This document shows, piece by piece, positions 38,797-49,350 of a stretch of 64,000 nt of DNA. Positions within the stretch are counted from its first letter, which is position 1. Each line of letters opens with the position of its first letter. The stretch covers positions 118,993 through 182,992 of the forward strand of contig CAZWXQ010000001.1 of assembly GCA_964637955.1 (NCBI GenBank). Direction: 5' to 3'. The notes under the pieces were generated by a model, which did not search any database, was not told where the DNA came from, and saw only the letters and a program-made list of their open reading frames with translations. The stretch comes from an uncultured Gammaproteobacteria bacterium (lineage in GTDB: Bacteria; Patescibacteriota; Microgenomatia; Levybacterales; UBA12049). Both the position numbers and the translations under genes were made by a program.

Positions 38797-40461
38797 ATGA
38801 ATACAAATGATACATTAAAATACTTACCTCTTGGTGGCGTAACCGGCGTTACCAAAAACATGCATTTATATGAATATAACGACCAGATTCTAATTGTAGA
38901 TTGTGGAATTGGTTTTGCAGATGAAAATATGCTTGGAGTGGACCTTATGCTTCCAGATATTTCCTATTTACTTAAAAATCCTCAGAAAAAAATTGTCGGA
39001 ATAGCCATTACTCATGGACACGAAGATCACTTGGGTGCGCTTCCATATATTCTTCCCCAGCTTCCAGGAAAATTTGACGTTTTCGCGACGCCTCTTGCAG
39101 CAGGTTTTATAAATGAAAAATTAAAGGAATTTAATCTTAATTCAAAAGTAGTAAGTATTAATTTTGATCGCGATGTGCTTCTAGGACCTTTTATGATTTC
39201 ATTTATCAGAGTTACTCACTCGGTTCTAGATACTTCAAATATTTTTATAAAAACTCCGGTCGGAAATATTTATCATGGGTCTGATTTTAAATTTGATATG
39301 ACTCCATATGATGGTCATAAATCCGATTTTGCGAAGATTGTGCGCAAATCAGACGAAGGAATAATGTGTCTTATGTCAGACTGTTTGGGCGCTGAGAGAG
39401 TAGGATTTACTCCAACAGAACTTCCAATTGGAGACAAGATTTATGAAGAAATGAAAAGCACTACAGGTAAGTTTATAGTTACTACTTACTCTTCAAACAT
39501 AAATAGACTTAATCAAATTCTAGACGGCGCAAAAGCTCTAAATAGGAGGATATGCTTTGTAGGCAGGTCACTTATAAAAGCAAAAGATGTTGCAGTTTCC
39601 CTAGGTTACATGAAGATAGATAAGAATATGGAAATTGAACTGCACGATGTTAGAAATTATAACGATAAACAGGTAGTTCTAATAGTCGCAGGAAGTCAGG
39701 GTCAGGAGAATTCTGCCTTAAGTAGAATTGCTCATGGAGATCATAGAGATATAAGAGTAAATCCAAATGACACCATTCTTTTTTCTTCAGATCCTATTCC
39801 GGGAAATGAAATTGCAGTAAATTCTCTGATAGATGATATAGCTAAAGCTGGAGCGAGAGTGCTTTATTCAACAGTTTCAAATAACCTTCATGTTTCAGGT
39901 CATGGCCCACAGGGAGATTTGTCACTTCTTATGAGTTTGGTTCGACCTAAAAAGGTTTTGCCGATTGGGGGAACTTATAAGCATATGGTGGCATATAAAA
40001 ATCTAGCAAAGAAAAATGGATTTGAGAATAAAGATATACTTTTGCCTGATGATGGTCAGGAAGTTGTATTTACTAAGGCTGGAGATGCAAGGTTGGGAAA
40101 GAAGATCGCTCTTCAAAATATTTATGTAGATCAAGTTTCAGGTGAAGAAGTAGACACTTTTGTTCTTAGAGATCGTGAGAAGATTTCTAAAGAAGGTGTG
40201 GTTATTGTAATGTGCGAAGTTGATACATTTGGAGGATTGGTCGATAAACCAAATATAATAGTTCGAGGATTTTCTGGTGCAGAAGTTCCTGAAATAGTGA
40301 ATGGACTTGCGGCTGAAATAAAAAATAACATTAAGCCAAAAAATACAAAAGTTAATGATTGGGCATATGTAAGAAAGTCTATTGGAAATATATCCGAGCG
40401 CTATCTCGGCAAGAAAATGAAACGACATCCTCTAGTTCTTCCCGTAGTTATTGAGGTTTAA
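38797..40461 (+). CDS. rnj: Ribonuclease J
   Basis: THGHEDHLGA, HS, DFK, GSQGQE, PIPGNE, HVSGH. Confidence 0.95.
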   Translation: MNTNDTLKYLPLGGVTGVTKNMHLYEYNDQILIVDCGIGFADENMLGVDLMLPDISYLLKNPQKKIVGIAITHGHEDHLGALPYILPQLPGKFDVFATPLAAGFINEKLKEFNLNSKVVSINFDRDVLLGPFMISFIRVTHSVLDTSNIFIKTPVGNIYHGSDFKFDMTPYDGHKSDFAKIVRKSDEGIMCLMSDCLGAERVGFTPTELPIGDKIYEEMKSTTGKFIVTTYSSNINRLNQILDGAKALNRRICFVGRSLIKAKDVAVSLGYMKIDKNMEIELHDVRNYNDKQVVLIVAGSQGQENSALSRIAHGDHRDIRVNPNDTILFSSDPIPGNEIAVNSLIDDIAKAGARVLYSTVSNNLHVSGHGPQGDLSLLMSLVRPKKVLPIGGTYKHMVAYKNLAKKNGFENKDILLPDDGQEVVFTKAGDARLGKKIALQNIYVDQVSGEEVDTFVLRDREKISKEGVVIVMCEVDTFGGLVDKPNIIVRGFSGAEVPEIVNGLAAEIKNNIKPKNTKVNDWAYVRKSIGNISERYLGKKMKRHPLVLPVVIEV

Positions 40462-42110
40462 TTTTTTAATTTTATTGATGAGATTATTTCGTCAAGCTTA
40501 GATACATCAGCTTCAGAAAGTCTGTCATAGATTATCTCCATGGCAAAATCGTCTTTCACGATATAAATTCTTTTTTTTGAGGTTGCAAATTCTTTATCAA
40601 TAATATACATGCGATAGCCATTAATGTCTTTTATGTCGGTTACCTTAGAGTAATATGGATCATTTAATAATTCGTCAATGTCTTTTTTTGAATCAATATA
40701 ATAAGCTTCATCCCAATAATCAAAGTCATCATAAAATTGATCGTAGGTAGATGTTTCAATAGTTCCATCAACTTCTATGTTTGAGCTTATCTTACCATCA
40801 AGTAAAAATCCTATTTTTTTATTTCCATCTATGTCAGTAGATTCATCAACATCTGCCCCGTCGGGATAATTTATTGAGAAATATTTATTTTCAAACGTTC
40901 TGGGTTCAAGATTTTTATTTTTACTTATGGATATTGTTGGAATTAGACTAACTAAAACATTTTGTCCATTTTCATTGTAGTGATCAAGGATAAGTGAATA
41001 AATAGCATCATCCGCTTTTATCATTATTGATAAATTGTTAAAATTATCCTGGGTTCTGTAATCATTTCTGTTAAAAAGCAGATATTCCTCACCGGATGAC
41101 AATTTGCCTTCTTTTATTTTTGTAACTTTTATATCATTAACCTCATCTTCAAATGACTCCTTATTTAATGGAAAAGATTTTGTTTTATTGAATCTTTCCA
41201 GTACGTAATTATATTGATTAGAATTTTCTCTAGAGTCCCTTCTTATATAGATAATATTTAATTTTCTTTCTTTCGATTTCTCGATTAGATAATCTTCCTC
41301 AATTTCTTTTTTTGTGGGTTTTAATTCTGAAACGTATTCATTTTCCAATTTTTGCCAATTTGATGGATACTTGAAGCTAATTCCTAATGATTTTCCTTCA
41401 AAAGTTGCCCAATTAGAAGTTGAAATAGTACTGATCTTGCTGATCTCTGGTGTTTTTGGTTTTTTGATTTGATAAATGATTTCAGGAAGGATAAAAATTC
41501 CCGATAAAGAAACTATGAATATTAATATTAATATTAATTCAATTATTATCCAAATCGGAACTTTTCTTTTTTTCTCATTTGAATTATTTATTATTCTTTG
41601 ACTTTCGATAGCAGCGTTACTAGTCGGTTGAAGGGGACTAGCTGCTGTATTTGTTTCTAGCTGTGTATTTTGGTTATCTACTGATTTTTCTTTGAATAAA
41701 TGTTTGAGTAATATAGTGCCTATGATTAAGTTAAATCCCGTCGCCCAAATAGGGCCAGCTATAAATCCTCCAAATCCTGCAAATTCGCAACCAGAATTAC
41801 TAAAGGCATTACATAAATATGAATCTAGAGTTCCAAATAATAAAGCAAAAACAAAATATATAAATAAATAAAGAAATTGCAGTAATATAAGTGAAACAAA
41901 TATTCTTATTGTGAATTTTTTAAAAATTGCGAGGGTTATTGCGATAGTTAGTGCTCCAATAATGGGAATGTTTAATATTCCTGCATATAGAATATATTCA
42001 ATATCATTTTTTTTGTTAAATTTGGGTAATAGTATTAATAATCCGAGCGTAATTGGTACCCACTGTGTATAAATTGGAGCAAAAATTAAGAGATAAAGAT
42101 TATCAAGCAT
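40458..42110 (-). CDS. Membrane protein with extracellular PsbP-like repeats
   Basis: Several TM helices; W.TF...GISFKYPSNW and FSINYPDG...IISSIK. Confidence 0.6.
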   Translation of the reverse strand: MLDNLYLLIFAPIYTQWVPITLGLLILLPKFNKKNDIEYILYAGILNIPIIGALTIAITLAIFKKFTIRIFVSLILLQFLYLFIYFVFALLFGTLDSYLCNAFSNSGCEFAGFGGFIAGPIWATGFNLIIGTILLKHLFKEKSVDNQNTQLETNTAASPLQPTSNAAIESQRIINNSNEKKRKVPIWIIIELILILIFIVSLSGIFILPEIIYQIKKPKTPEISKISTISTSNWATFEGKSLGISFKYPSNWQKLENEYVSELKPTKKEIEEDYLIEKSKERKLNIIYIRRDSRENSNQYNYVLERFNKTKSFPLNKESFEDEVNDIKVTKIKEGKLSSGEEYLLFNRNDYRTQDNFNNLSIMIKADDAIYSLILDHYNENGQNVLVSLIPTISISKNKNLEPRTFENKYFSINYPDGADVDESTDIDGNKKIGFLLDGKISSNIEVDGTIETSTYDQFYDDFDYWDEAYYIDSKKDIDELLNDPYYSKVTDIKDINGYRMYIIDKEFATSKKRIYIVKDDFAMEIIYDRLSEADVSKLDEIISSIKLKN

Positions 42111-42321
42111 TTATATAATATTCACATTTAAAATTTATGATGTCAATTTATAGATAGTGGGTTCTCGATAAGATTCAGATCTTAAATTTTGAGATTGCTG
42201 CTTTTCAAATTTTACATTCATTTTTAGAGTCTTATGGAAAAGATATATAATCCAAAACTATTTTCTAGAGAATAGTATCTTAAAATTGACAAAATTTGCT
42301 AACCCTTCGGTCTTTCCGCAA

Positions 42322-43500
42322 TTATTGAGGTCTAGTTAGGTGGGTTTCGAAAAATCCTACTCCAGTAAAATTTCTTCCAAAAATTGTGCCATTAAATGCA
42401 CTTGAAGCCTCAGTAAATCTAGGTCCGATTGGCAGTTGAAAGATTTGATTATCAGAATTTGTCTTTCCGTTTGAAGTTAGAAAAGTCTGATTATTTAGAT
42501 TAAGATTTAGATTCCAGTTATTTGGAAAATTAGTACTGCCATAATTATTAATATTTAAATTTCCAACATTTCCACATCTGTTATTTCCGTTTGGATTTCT
42601 TTTTACCCAATATGAATATTTGGGTCCTGAGTCATAAATTTGAGTTACAAAGCCAACTGCATGATCAGGATTTGATCTACTAAACAAATTATCAGTTTCC
42701 GTAAAGTGCATATTAGTCCAGTAGTGTCCTTTCCAATCAGGGGGCGGTGAAGAATTAAACCATTGGTGGTCAATCCAAGCTTTTCCGGATTTGATTTCTA
42801 ATACGCTGCCGTTTATGTCTGTAATTTTTCCTGAAATATCAAGATCAGGAATGCTGTAGTAAAAAGTATCATTAGGCTTAAATACTGAAATTTTCCCTAT
42901 GCAACTACCATTTTCTTCTCCCCAAAGTAATGGCTTAGAAACACCTGTTGTTGGGGCAGTTCTTTCTTTCAGGACTAAATTAAATGTTCCAATTTCTGGA
43001 GTTCTACCATTTAATTTAAAAATACGTTTCCTATCACTATCTTGTGGCATTTCCTGAAGAATCATGTATCTGTCGCTATTTTCATAATTTAAAAATAAAT
43101 ATTTATTATTTTTTAAATAACTGGTTATTTTCCCATTTGAGTTAGTATTTTCCGCAAATGTTGAATTAGTTTTATCATTCCTACTGCTAAGTAAGTAAAA
43201 ATTTCCTAAAATTCTTGAAAACGAAATTACGTAATCTAATTGCTTATTTTCGCTGGTGTTTGTGATTAGATTTAAGTACCACCATTCAGAATTATAAGAA
43301 GGATGCGCATTATAATCTCGGGGGAAAGAGATTAAAGCTGAAGCGCTGGATCTGTTTACGTAAAGCTGAATTTTTGGAATTAAATTTGCCAGAACGATTA
43401 GTATTAATGCGCTTAAAAGTAAGAAGAATAGAGCCCATTTATTTTTTTGATGTGATTTAGACATATATTTGATGATAAACAATATCTTAATCGATATCAA
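42322..43500 (-). CDS. AttH/CrtC lipocalin-like secreted protein
   Basis: FPRDYNAHP...EWWY, YYSIP, AWIDHQW, GVGFFE. The true start may be a later Met. Confidence 0.8.
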   Translation of the reverse strand: MISIKILFIIKYMSKSHQKNKWALFFLLLSALILIVLANLIPKIQLYVNRSSASALISFPRDYNAHPSYNSEWWYLNLITNTSENKQLDYVISFSRILGNFYLLSSRNDKTNSTFAENTNSNGKITSYLKNNKYLFLNYENSDRYMILQEMPQDSDRKRIFKLNGRTPEIGTFNLVLKERTAPTTGVSKPLLWGEENGSCIGKISVFKPNDTFYYSIPDLDISGKITDINGSVLEIKSGKAWIDHQWFNSSPPPDWKGHYWTNMHFTETDNLFSRSNPDHAVGFVTQIYDSGPKYSYWVKRNPNGNNRCGNVGNLNINNYGSTNFPNNWNLNLNLNNQTFLTSNGKTNSDNQIFQLPIGPRFTEASSAFNGTIFGRNFTGVGFFETHLTRPQ

Positions 43501-43532
43501 ATATCTGTCAATTTTGTTTATTTTATTGAAGT

Positions 43533-44021
43533 TTAATTGCTAAGTTGAAGAGGGATTATTACTTTATCAATCTCGCTTCCATCTTTGGCGCTGTATTGAA
43601 AGACTTCAAGAGTTCCTTCAGTTTGATCTGAAGTAAATGCAATAGCTTTCTCAAAAGGTCCAAATTGGCCTGCTTCTGGGGCATTCGCAATGGTACTTGT
43701 TTCTATAAGTATGTTTCCATTTGAATCTATTAATCTAAGAGTCACACTGTTTTCGAAAGTCCTTGCATTCCCTTTTATTACAAATCCCGATTTAACATTG
43801 TCTCCCATGAGAGGAGATAATACTTCAATATTCTTAGAAGCAGATGGTGTAATGGAGCTACGAGTTTCAATATCGCTTGATGCGATTGAGACGGTAGGAT
43901 ATGGGGTAGTTGCTGCAAGTTGATTTTTTAGATCATTTGGAGATAAGTTACGTGCTACAAAAATCATAAAAATGGCAGCAGGAATAAGGATCAGAAGTAG
44001 AATTAATACATCTTTTCTCAA
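43533..44021 (-). CDS. Gmad2 Ig-like domain protein
   Basis: TM helix; GNARTFE, GQFGPF, SAKDGS. Confidence 0.8.
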   Translation of the reverse strand: MRKDVLILLLILIPAAIFMIFVARNLSPNDLKNQLAATTPYPTVSIASSDIETRSSITPSASKNIEVLSPLMGDNVKSGFVIKGNARTFENSVTLRLIDSNGNILIETSTIANAPEAGQFGPFEKAIAFTSDQTEGTLEVFQYSAKDGSEIDKVIIPLQLSN

Positions 44022-44066
44022 AGCCTAAATATGTTAGCATTTAAGCTTATAGAAAGTCAAACTAGC

Positions 44067-44309
44067 TTATTTTGTCTGCCTTATTGGGATGCTTTTGAAT
44101 GTAAAAAGGTTTACGAGTCGCATCCTGAAGTTTTTTGGGAGTCTTATTTTTGTGGAGTTTGAAAGGATCATATAAATACAAAACGCCATTGCAAAATTAA
44201 GTAACACAGGACCAAGTTCCAATGGATGCGTGATGGCATATCTAATTTGTGCGATTGAAGTAATCGAAAATAAAAATAGAATTGTAAGTAATACTGATAA
44301 AATTTTCAT
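44067..44309 (-). CDS. Small membrane protein
   Basis: Two hydrophobic segments; co-oriented with its neighbours. Confidence 0.5.
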   Translation of the reverse strand: MKILSVLLTILFLFSITSIAQIRYAITHPLELGPVLLNFAMAFCIYMILSNSTKIRLPKNFRMRLVNLFTFKSIPIRQTK

Positions 44310-44371
44310 AGAATTAATATATAACTTAAGGGTTAAAAATTCTTAGCAAAAAAGTAGTAATTTTGTAAGAG

Positions 44372-45049
44372 TTATTGGCAGTTGAATTGTTGCAAACAGG
44401 CTGATTTGGCAGCTCCTGTGAGCGAATTACAAATTTTGCATTCCTGAGAGTTATCTGTAGAATTTGCAGAACTTGTAGGCGCAGTAGTAGTTTTTGTCAT
44501 AGCGTCAGTTGGCGCTGTGTTCCCAAAGCTGGTGAATTTAATTGTAGTAGGTGGAGTGAAAAGCTTGGCGTCCTCCGTCCAAGTTACACATTTAAAGTCC
44601 ATTTCTTTTTCGGGATCAAATGTATTAAATGATTCATTTTCTTGCATTTTTGAAGCAAAATCATTTACATTCATAACCATTTTTATTCCCATTGGGATAG
44701 AATCGCCCCACATATAAAATGTATCGCCTGTCCTGATCATATGAGCTACTGTTTCTTTGTTGTTAACAGTCGTTGAGATATCAGCGCGCGCGTTTTCTCC
44801 GGAAGTGTAGACTGTTCCGTTAGTATTTCCTTTTTCATTTTCAGTCGAGAATGTGCATTTTGATTTTTCACCCTTTGTTAAAAGTGCAGTTATAGAGTTT
44901 GCCATCGCATTATTTGGTGTAGGAGTGACTTGTTCTGCAACTGTGGTTACTTTATTTTTTGGTTGGGATTGGGAGTAAAGAAAAGCACCAGCTGCACCTA
45001 GTAAGATTAATACTCCCACAACTAATGCTATTATGGCCTGTTTAGTCAT
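44372..45049 (-). CDS. Membrane-anchored hypothetical protein
   Basis: TM helix; KCTF, YMW, CVTW...FTPP; C-terminal CxxC...C...C. Confidence 0.7.
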   Translation of the reverse strand: MTKQAIIALVVGVLILLGAAGAFLYSQSQPKNKVTTVAEQVTPTPNNAMANSITALLTKGEKSKCTFSTENEKGNTNGTVYTSGENARADISTTVNNKETVAHMIRTGDTFYMWGDSIPMGIKMVMNVNDFASKMQENESFNTFDPEKEMDFKCVTWTEDAKLFTPPTTIKFTSFGNTAPTDAMTKTTTAPTSSANSTDNSQECKICNSLTGAAKSACLQQFNCQ

Positions 45050-45114
45050 AGGCGTATTCTACCTCAACCTGCATAAAAGTCAATAGAAAATTATATGTTA
45101 TTTATTATTAATCA

Positions 45115-46144
45115 ATGGATTCTGCGACTGAAACATTTACTGGAGAAAAAGAGATTGATGTTAGGCCTAAAGTTCAAATTGAATTCTTCGGATTTAGCCA
45201 TAATCCATTAAACTTAGATGTAGTACCGTATTTACGAAGCACATTTGAAGATCATTTAGCAAAATCACCAAATACTACTCTTTTTTTTGAAAGCGCTGAA
45301 GGTACACAGGAGGATTCTGATTTTCAAAACGAAGTTATAGAAAAATATGGGTTTAGAGCATTGCTTATATCAAGTTTAATTAATCAGAACGATGATGATA
45401 TTAGGTTGATTGGAAGTCCCGAGAACGTACAGAGGAGAATAAATGAAATTGAGACATCTATTATGAGCGGTGAACTAAGAATTGATCTTCTTCCTCTTCA
45501 AGATCTTCAAATGTATTTAATATATAGAGATCGATCAGTTAAAAGAGCTATACCCTTTTTCATTTCAAAGAGAAGCGCATTCTCCAGACGTGATTAGGAA
45601 AGCGCGAGGTCTTCGTCCGGAAGCTAACAGAATGTTTTCGGTTGCAGATGCTGCATGGCAGGAGGGTAGATTTGAAGTATTTAAAAAACTTGCTGATTCT
45701 TACCATAAATTATCAGTTGCAGGAGGTAGATACAGAGAAGAAGAAGCTGCTGAAATGCTTAAGAAAAAAACTAATAAATTAATGATGTCGACTGACGGTG
45801 GATCAATTTTTGTATTAATGGGTAGAAATCACTCAAGCATACTTGATCCACTAAGAAAAAAATTTAAAAAAGGGACTGTAGATTTCAAAGTATCAGGTGG
45901 TCTATCGGATTCTCTTGATAGATTAACGCCTATGCAGAGATATTTATCTATGGTAATTTTATTTAAGCTTGAGGATGAATATAACGTGCAGGAGAAAACT
46001 TTAGAATTTGGAAACAAGTTTACGGTAACTCAGGTTAAAATTGAAGAAATTGTTGCCAATTTAAAAGAAGAAGAAATTAAAGATTTATGCGAAACACAAG
46101 TTGAACTTCTTAAATTTATTAGAGAAAAAGGCTTAAACGCATGA
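45115..46144 (+). pseudogene. Hypothetical protein split by a frameshift near 45525-45530 (probable paralog of 36579-37571)
   Basis: Adding AG to TAT-AGA-GA restores EIDQLKELYPFSFQREAH into ORF 45590-46144. Motifs FSH...FFES...REEE...MGRNH. Confidence 0.6.
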
Positions 46145-46445
46145 AAAAAAGAGAGTCCGTAGGTAGATGCCCACTCGCTCTCTTTCTCTGCCAGCACTCA
46201 CGTCACCATCTCAATGCTTCGGATCCACAAATATTTTGCATCTCGACGGACCATCTCGTCCTTTTGTCATAACGCGGCATACTTTTACCCAGAGAAGTGA
46301 CTTCCGAGGAAGCCATCCTTAGCGGTATGCCCAGCTCTTGTTTGCCCTGCCATAGCGTACTACTTCAAACAACCTAAAGCTTAAATGCGCTAGGGGATTC
46401 CAAAACCCTTCGAAGAAAGATTTCGATTACCCCCATGCGGAGTCT
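46144..46445 (-). ncRNA. Candidate structured non-coding RNA (or small-ORF transcript)
   Basis: TTGACA(46478-46473)-17-TAATCT promoter, a GU-rich 5' hairpin at 46393-46434, and a 3' hairpin plus T7 terminator. No ORF of 60 aa or more. Confidence 0.5.
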
Positions 46446-46569
46446 ATAAAGATTAGTCCGTTTAGATTGGATTGTCAATTAGTTCAAAGTATATCTCAAT
46501 ATTTCTTTTGACTTTATAAATAAAAATATCTATCTTGCATTTTTGTTCTCTTCAAATTATTATTAGGAC

Positions 46570-47013
46570 ATGAAAATCACTAGTCCTGCCTTTGAAGATA
46601 GCGACATGATTCCTGCTACATATACATGTGATTCAGATAACGTTAATCCCCCTCTTTTAATTTCAGATGTTCCAGAAGGGACTAAAAGCTTGGCTCTTAT
46701 TATGGATGACCCTGATGCGCCAGGTGAAGCATTCACTCATTGGATTATGTGGAATATTCCACCAGATACTACTAGGATTGAAGAAAATGATTGGGTAGAT
46801 GGAGCAGAACAAGGTATGAATGATGGTGGAGATTTAGGATACACAGGTCCATGTCCGCCGGAAGGAATTCATCATTATTATTTTAGGCTTTATGCTCTAG
46901 ATTCAGTGTTAGATTTACAAGGAGAAGTAACGCGAATGGATTTGGAAATGCAAATTAGTAGCCACATGATTGATGAAGCAGAGCTCATTGGTCTTTATAA
47001 ACTTCAATCATAG
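46570..47013 (+). CDS. YbhB/YbcL (PEBP) family protein
   Basis: MDDPDAP, FTHW, GYTGPCPP, HHYYFRLYALD. Confidence 0.93.
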   Translation: MKITSPAFEDSDMIPATYTCDSDNVNPPLLISDVPEGTKSLALIMDDPDAPGEAFTHWIMWNIPPDTTRIEENDWVDGAEQGMNDGGDLGYTGPCPPEGIHHYYFRLYALDSVLDLQGEVTRMDLEMQISSHMIDEAELIGLYKLQS

Positions 47014-47074
47014 CTCCACATCATTATCCTATAGCTTTAATTTTGCTTCAAAATAGAGTATAATTCCCCAGATT

Positions 47075-48667
47075 ATGGAAAGAAAAGCAGCTCATGGTTA
47101 CACTCCGGGTTTAGATGCGCAGCTGGATTCGGACAGAGGATTCAGCGTGAATATAGAAGTAGAGTTATTAGCAAATGAAAGGCAAACGCTTTTTATGCTT
47201 GGTCAAGGCAATAGCTTAAATTTTGTATCAGGCCAGCTTGGTGTCGAGGTTGGCAATCTCAAAACAAATTTGAAAACAATGAGAAGTCGTTTAGGAGTAA
47301 ATACAAATCTTGGAGCTTTGAGAATGGCGATGCAGCAGAGAATTTTAAGTGCTCAAGAGATTTTGCCTGATGATTATACCGATGATAATTTTAGATATTT
47401 AACCCCTGAACAATTAGATGCTCTGAATAATTATTACGATAATCATGATCTGAAAAGCGATGAGGAGATTGCGGCTAAACTAGGTTTATCTGCGGAGGAT
47501 TTTCTTCAAGATCTTTATAGAGGTTTTGGTGTAATTAATGCAAAGACTATTTTAAACGCTGCAGTCATGATTCAAGCTCAAAGAGATAGATTAATTCCTG
47601 CATCTGATCCTGTTTCTGAGAATGAAGAAATTGGTCAGCTAAGCCCCGATTCACCTCGAGTTAGAGAAGTAAAAAGATCGATTAGCCCTAGAGAGCTTGA
47701 GGTATTTACACTTAAGGCAAAAGGATTAATAAATAAGGAAATAGCTGCATCGATGGGTGTCTCTGAGCAAACAGTTAAGAATCATGCAGCTTCTGCATTT
47801 GTTAAGCTAGGTGTTCAGTCCTCAGGGGAAGCGATAAGGCAAATTATTGGTATTGGGCTTATAGATATATCTGAATTATTGCCAGCAGAATTTGATCCTT
47901 CTGTGATGGGAGAAGTGTCAGATAAAGAAGCTGAGATTATAAAACATTTAGGGACTTCTGGGGATTCAAATGTCGCTATCGCTTTGAGGGTTGGCTCGAA
48001 TGAGAACACTGTTGGAAGTCGAATTTCAAAATCCATGAAAAAAACAGGCACTGTCAGTCGAGAGCAAATTATGGTTTTTTATCTCGGTGCAAAAAAGATA
48101 AAAGAAGAACAGGCTGTAGAGATGGGGGTAGATCCTGAATCCGTAGATCCTTTTGACTGGAGAAGAGAAGATCAGGAATATGAAATGCCATCATTGTCAC
48201 CCAGAGAGCTAGATGTTCTACGGGCTGTAAGTAGAGGTTTATCGAATGCTGAAATTGCAGGATTTTTGGGAAAATCTGAATATATGGTAAAGGTACAGAT
48301 GAGCTCTATTTTATATAAGTTAGATGCTAGGAATAGAGTAGTAGCAGTTAAGAAAGCAATTGATTTGAAGTTAGTTGACATAGGGGAAATTACAAGTGAT
48401 GAATTGGAACTAATTAATTCTCTTTCAAATAGGGAGAAAGAATTACTAGAATTAATAGCTTCAAGTGGACTTTCGAATAAAGAGCTTGCTCAACACTTGG
48501 GTATCTCAAAGTATACAGTTAACTGTCATATGTTGACCTTGTTGGGCAAGTTAGATGTAGCTAGTAGAGTTGAAGCAATGACTTTATGGATAAAAGCAAA
48601 TAGAATAATCGATTCGACTTCTGAAGCTGAACAAGATGTGGTTTATTCTTCAGAAGCAGTTATTTAG
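47075..48667 (+). CDS. Protein with about six tandem LuxR-type HTH domains
   Basis: Repeated (L/I)SPRE..V...GL.N.EIA..LG.SE.TV......KL units. Confidence 0.85.
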   Translation: MERKAAHGYTPGLDAQLDSDRGFSVNIEVELLANERQTLFMLGQGNSLNFVSGQLGVEVGNLKTNLKTMRSRLGVNTNLGALRMAMQQRILSAQEILPDDYTDDNFRYLTPEQLDALNNYYDNHDLKSDEEIAAKLGLSAEDFLQDLYRGFGVINAKTILNAAVMIQAQRDRLIPASDPVSENEEIGQLSPDSPRVREVKRSISPRELEVFTLKAKGLINKEIAASMGVSEQTVKNHAASAFVKLGVQSSGEAIRQIIGIGLIDISELLPAEFDPSVMGEVSDKEAEIIKHLGTSGDSNVAIALRVGSNENTVGSRISKSMKKTGTVSREQIMVFYLGAKKIKEEQAVEMGVDPESVDPFDWRREDQEYEMPSLSPRELDVLRAVSRGLSNAEIAGFLGKSEYMVKVQMSSILYKLDARNRVVAVKKAIDLKLVDIGEITSDELELINSLSNREKELLELIASSGLSNKELAQHLGISKYTVNCHMLTLLGKLDVASRVEAMTLWIKANRIIDSTSEAEQDVVYSSEAVI

Positions 48668-49261
48668 CTAGTTTTCTAAGCTTTTCCAGAGAATTCTACT
48701 CGCTACAGTTCTATAAGGAGACCATTTACTGGAAATCAAAATCAACTCTTCTTTTTTGGGCTTTGGGCCCAAATTATAGATTTTTATCATTGCATTCTGA
48801 AGTCCTAAGTCTCCTGCAGAAAAGACATCGGGACGTGCGAGTGTAAACATCAAATACATTTCTGCGGTCCACTGACCTATGCCTTTAAGCTTGACTAATT
48901 CTAGGATCACTTCTTCATCTTTCATTTTGTCGAGTTTGTTAAGATTGATTTGTTTATCAACCACAGCACCCGCAATTCCTTTTATATATTTAATTTTAGA
49001 AAAAGAAATTCCACATTCTCTTATTTTCTGATCATCAAGTTTTAATATTGCTTCAGGGCTAATTTGCTCATCTTTAAAAAGTTTTTTAAATCTCTTGAAG
49101 ATAGTGTCAGAAGCCTTGATAGATAATTGCTGGGAAATAATGGATTCTGCTAAATCTAAGAAGTAGTCTTCGGATTTTCCTGGTTCATCAAGTTTGATCT
49201 TGACCGCTACAGCGTAAAGAACCGGATCCACATTTTTAAAATGTTTTAAGGCGTCTTCCAT
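48668..49261 (-). CDS. DNA-3-methyladenine glycosylase (AlkA/HhH-GPD family)
   Basis: IISQQLS, LKGIGQWTAEM, DLGL, WSPYRTVA. Confidence 0.92.
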   Translation of the reverse strand: MEDALKHFKNVDPVLYAVAVKIKLDEPGKSEDYFLDLAESIISQQLSIKASDTIFKRFKKLFKDEQISPEAILKLDDQKIRECGISFSKIKYIKGIAGAVVDKQINLNKLDKMKDEEVILELVKLKGIGQWTAEMYLMFTLARPDVFSAGDLGLQNAMIKIYNLGPKPKKEELILISSKWSPYRTVASRILWKSLEN

Positions 49262-49280
49262 AAGTAAGTTATTATATCAC

Positions 49281-49313
49281 TTAGCCTCGCAAGGCCAGGC
49301 CTTGCGAGGCTAA
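49281..49313. repeat. Perfect REP-like palindrome
   Basis: TTAGCCTCGCAAGGCC-A-GGCCTTGCGAGGCTAA (16-bp arms) between divergent genes. Confidence 0.85.
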
Positions 49314-49350
49314 AGCTGGTTGACTTAAATGGTGATTTTATATATAATTC

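Noticed and set aside
46144-46445. tmRNA, RNase P RNA or SRP RNA
   Set aside because: No tRNA-like 3' end, no GAGGAAAGTCC, and no SRP GGAA-loop motif was seen.
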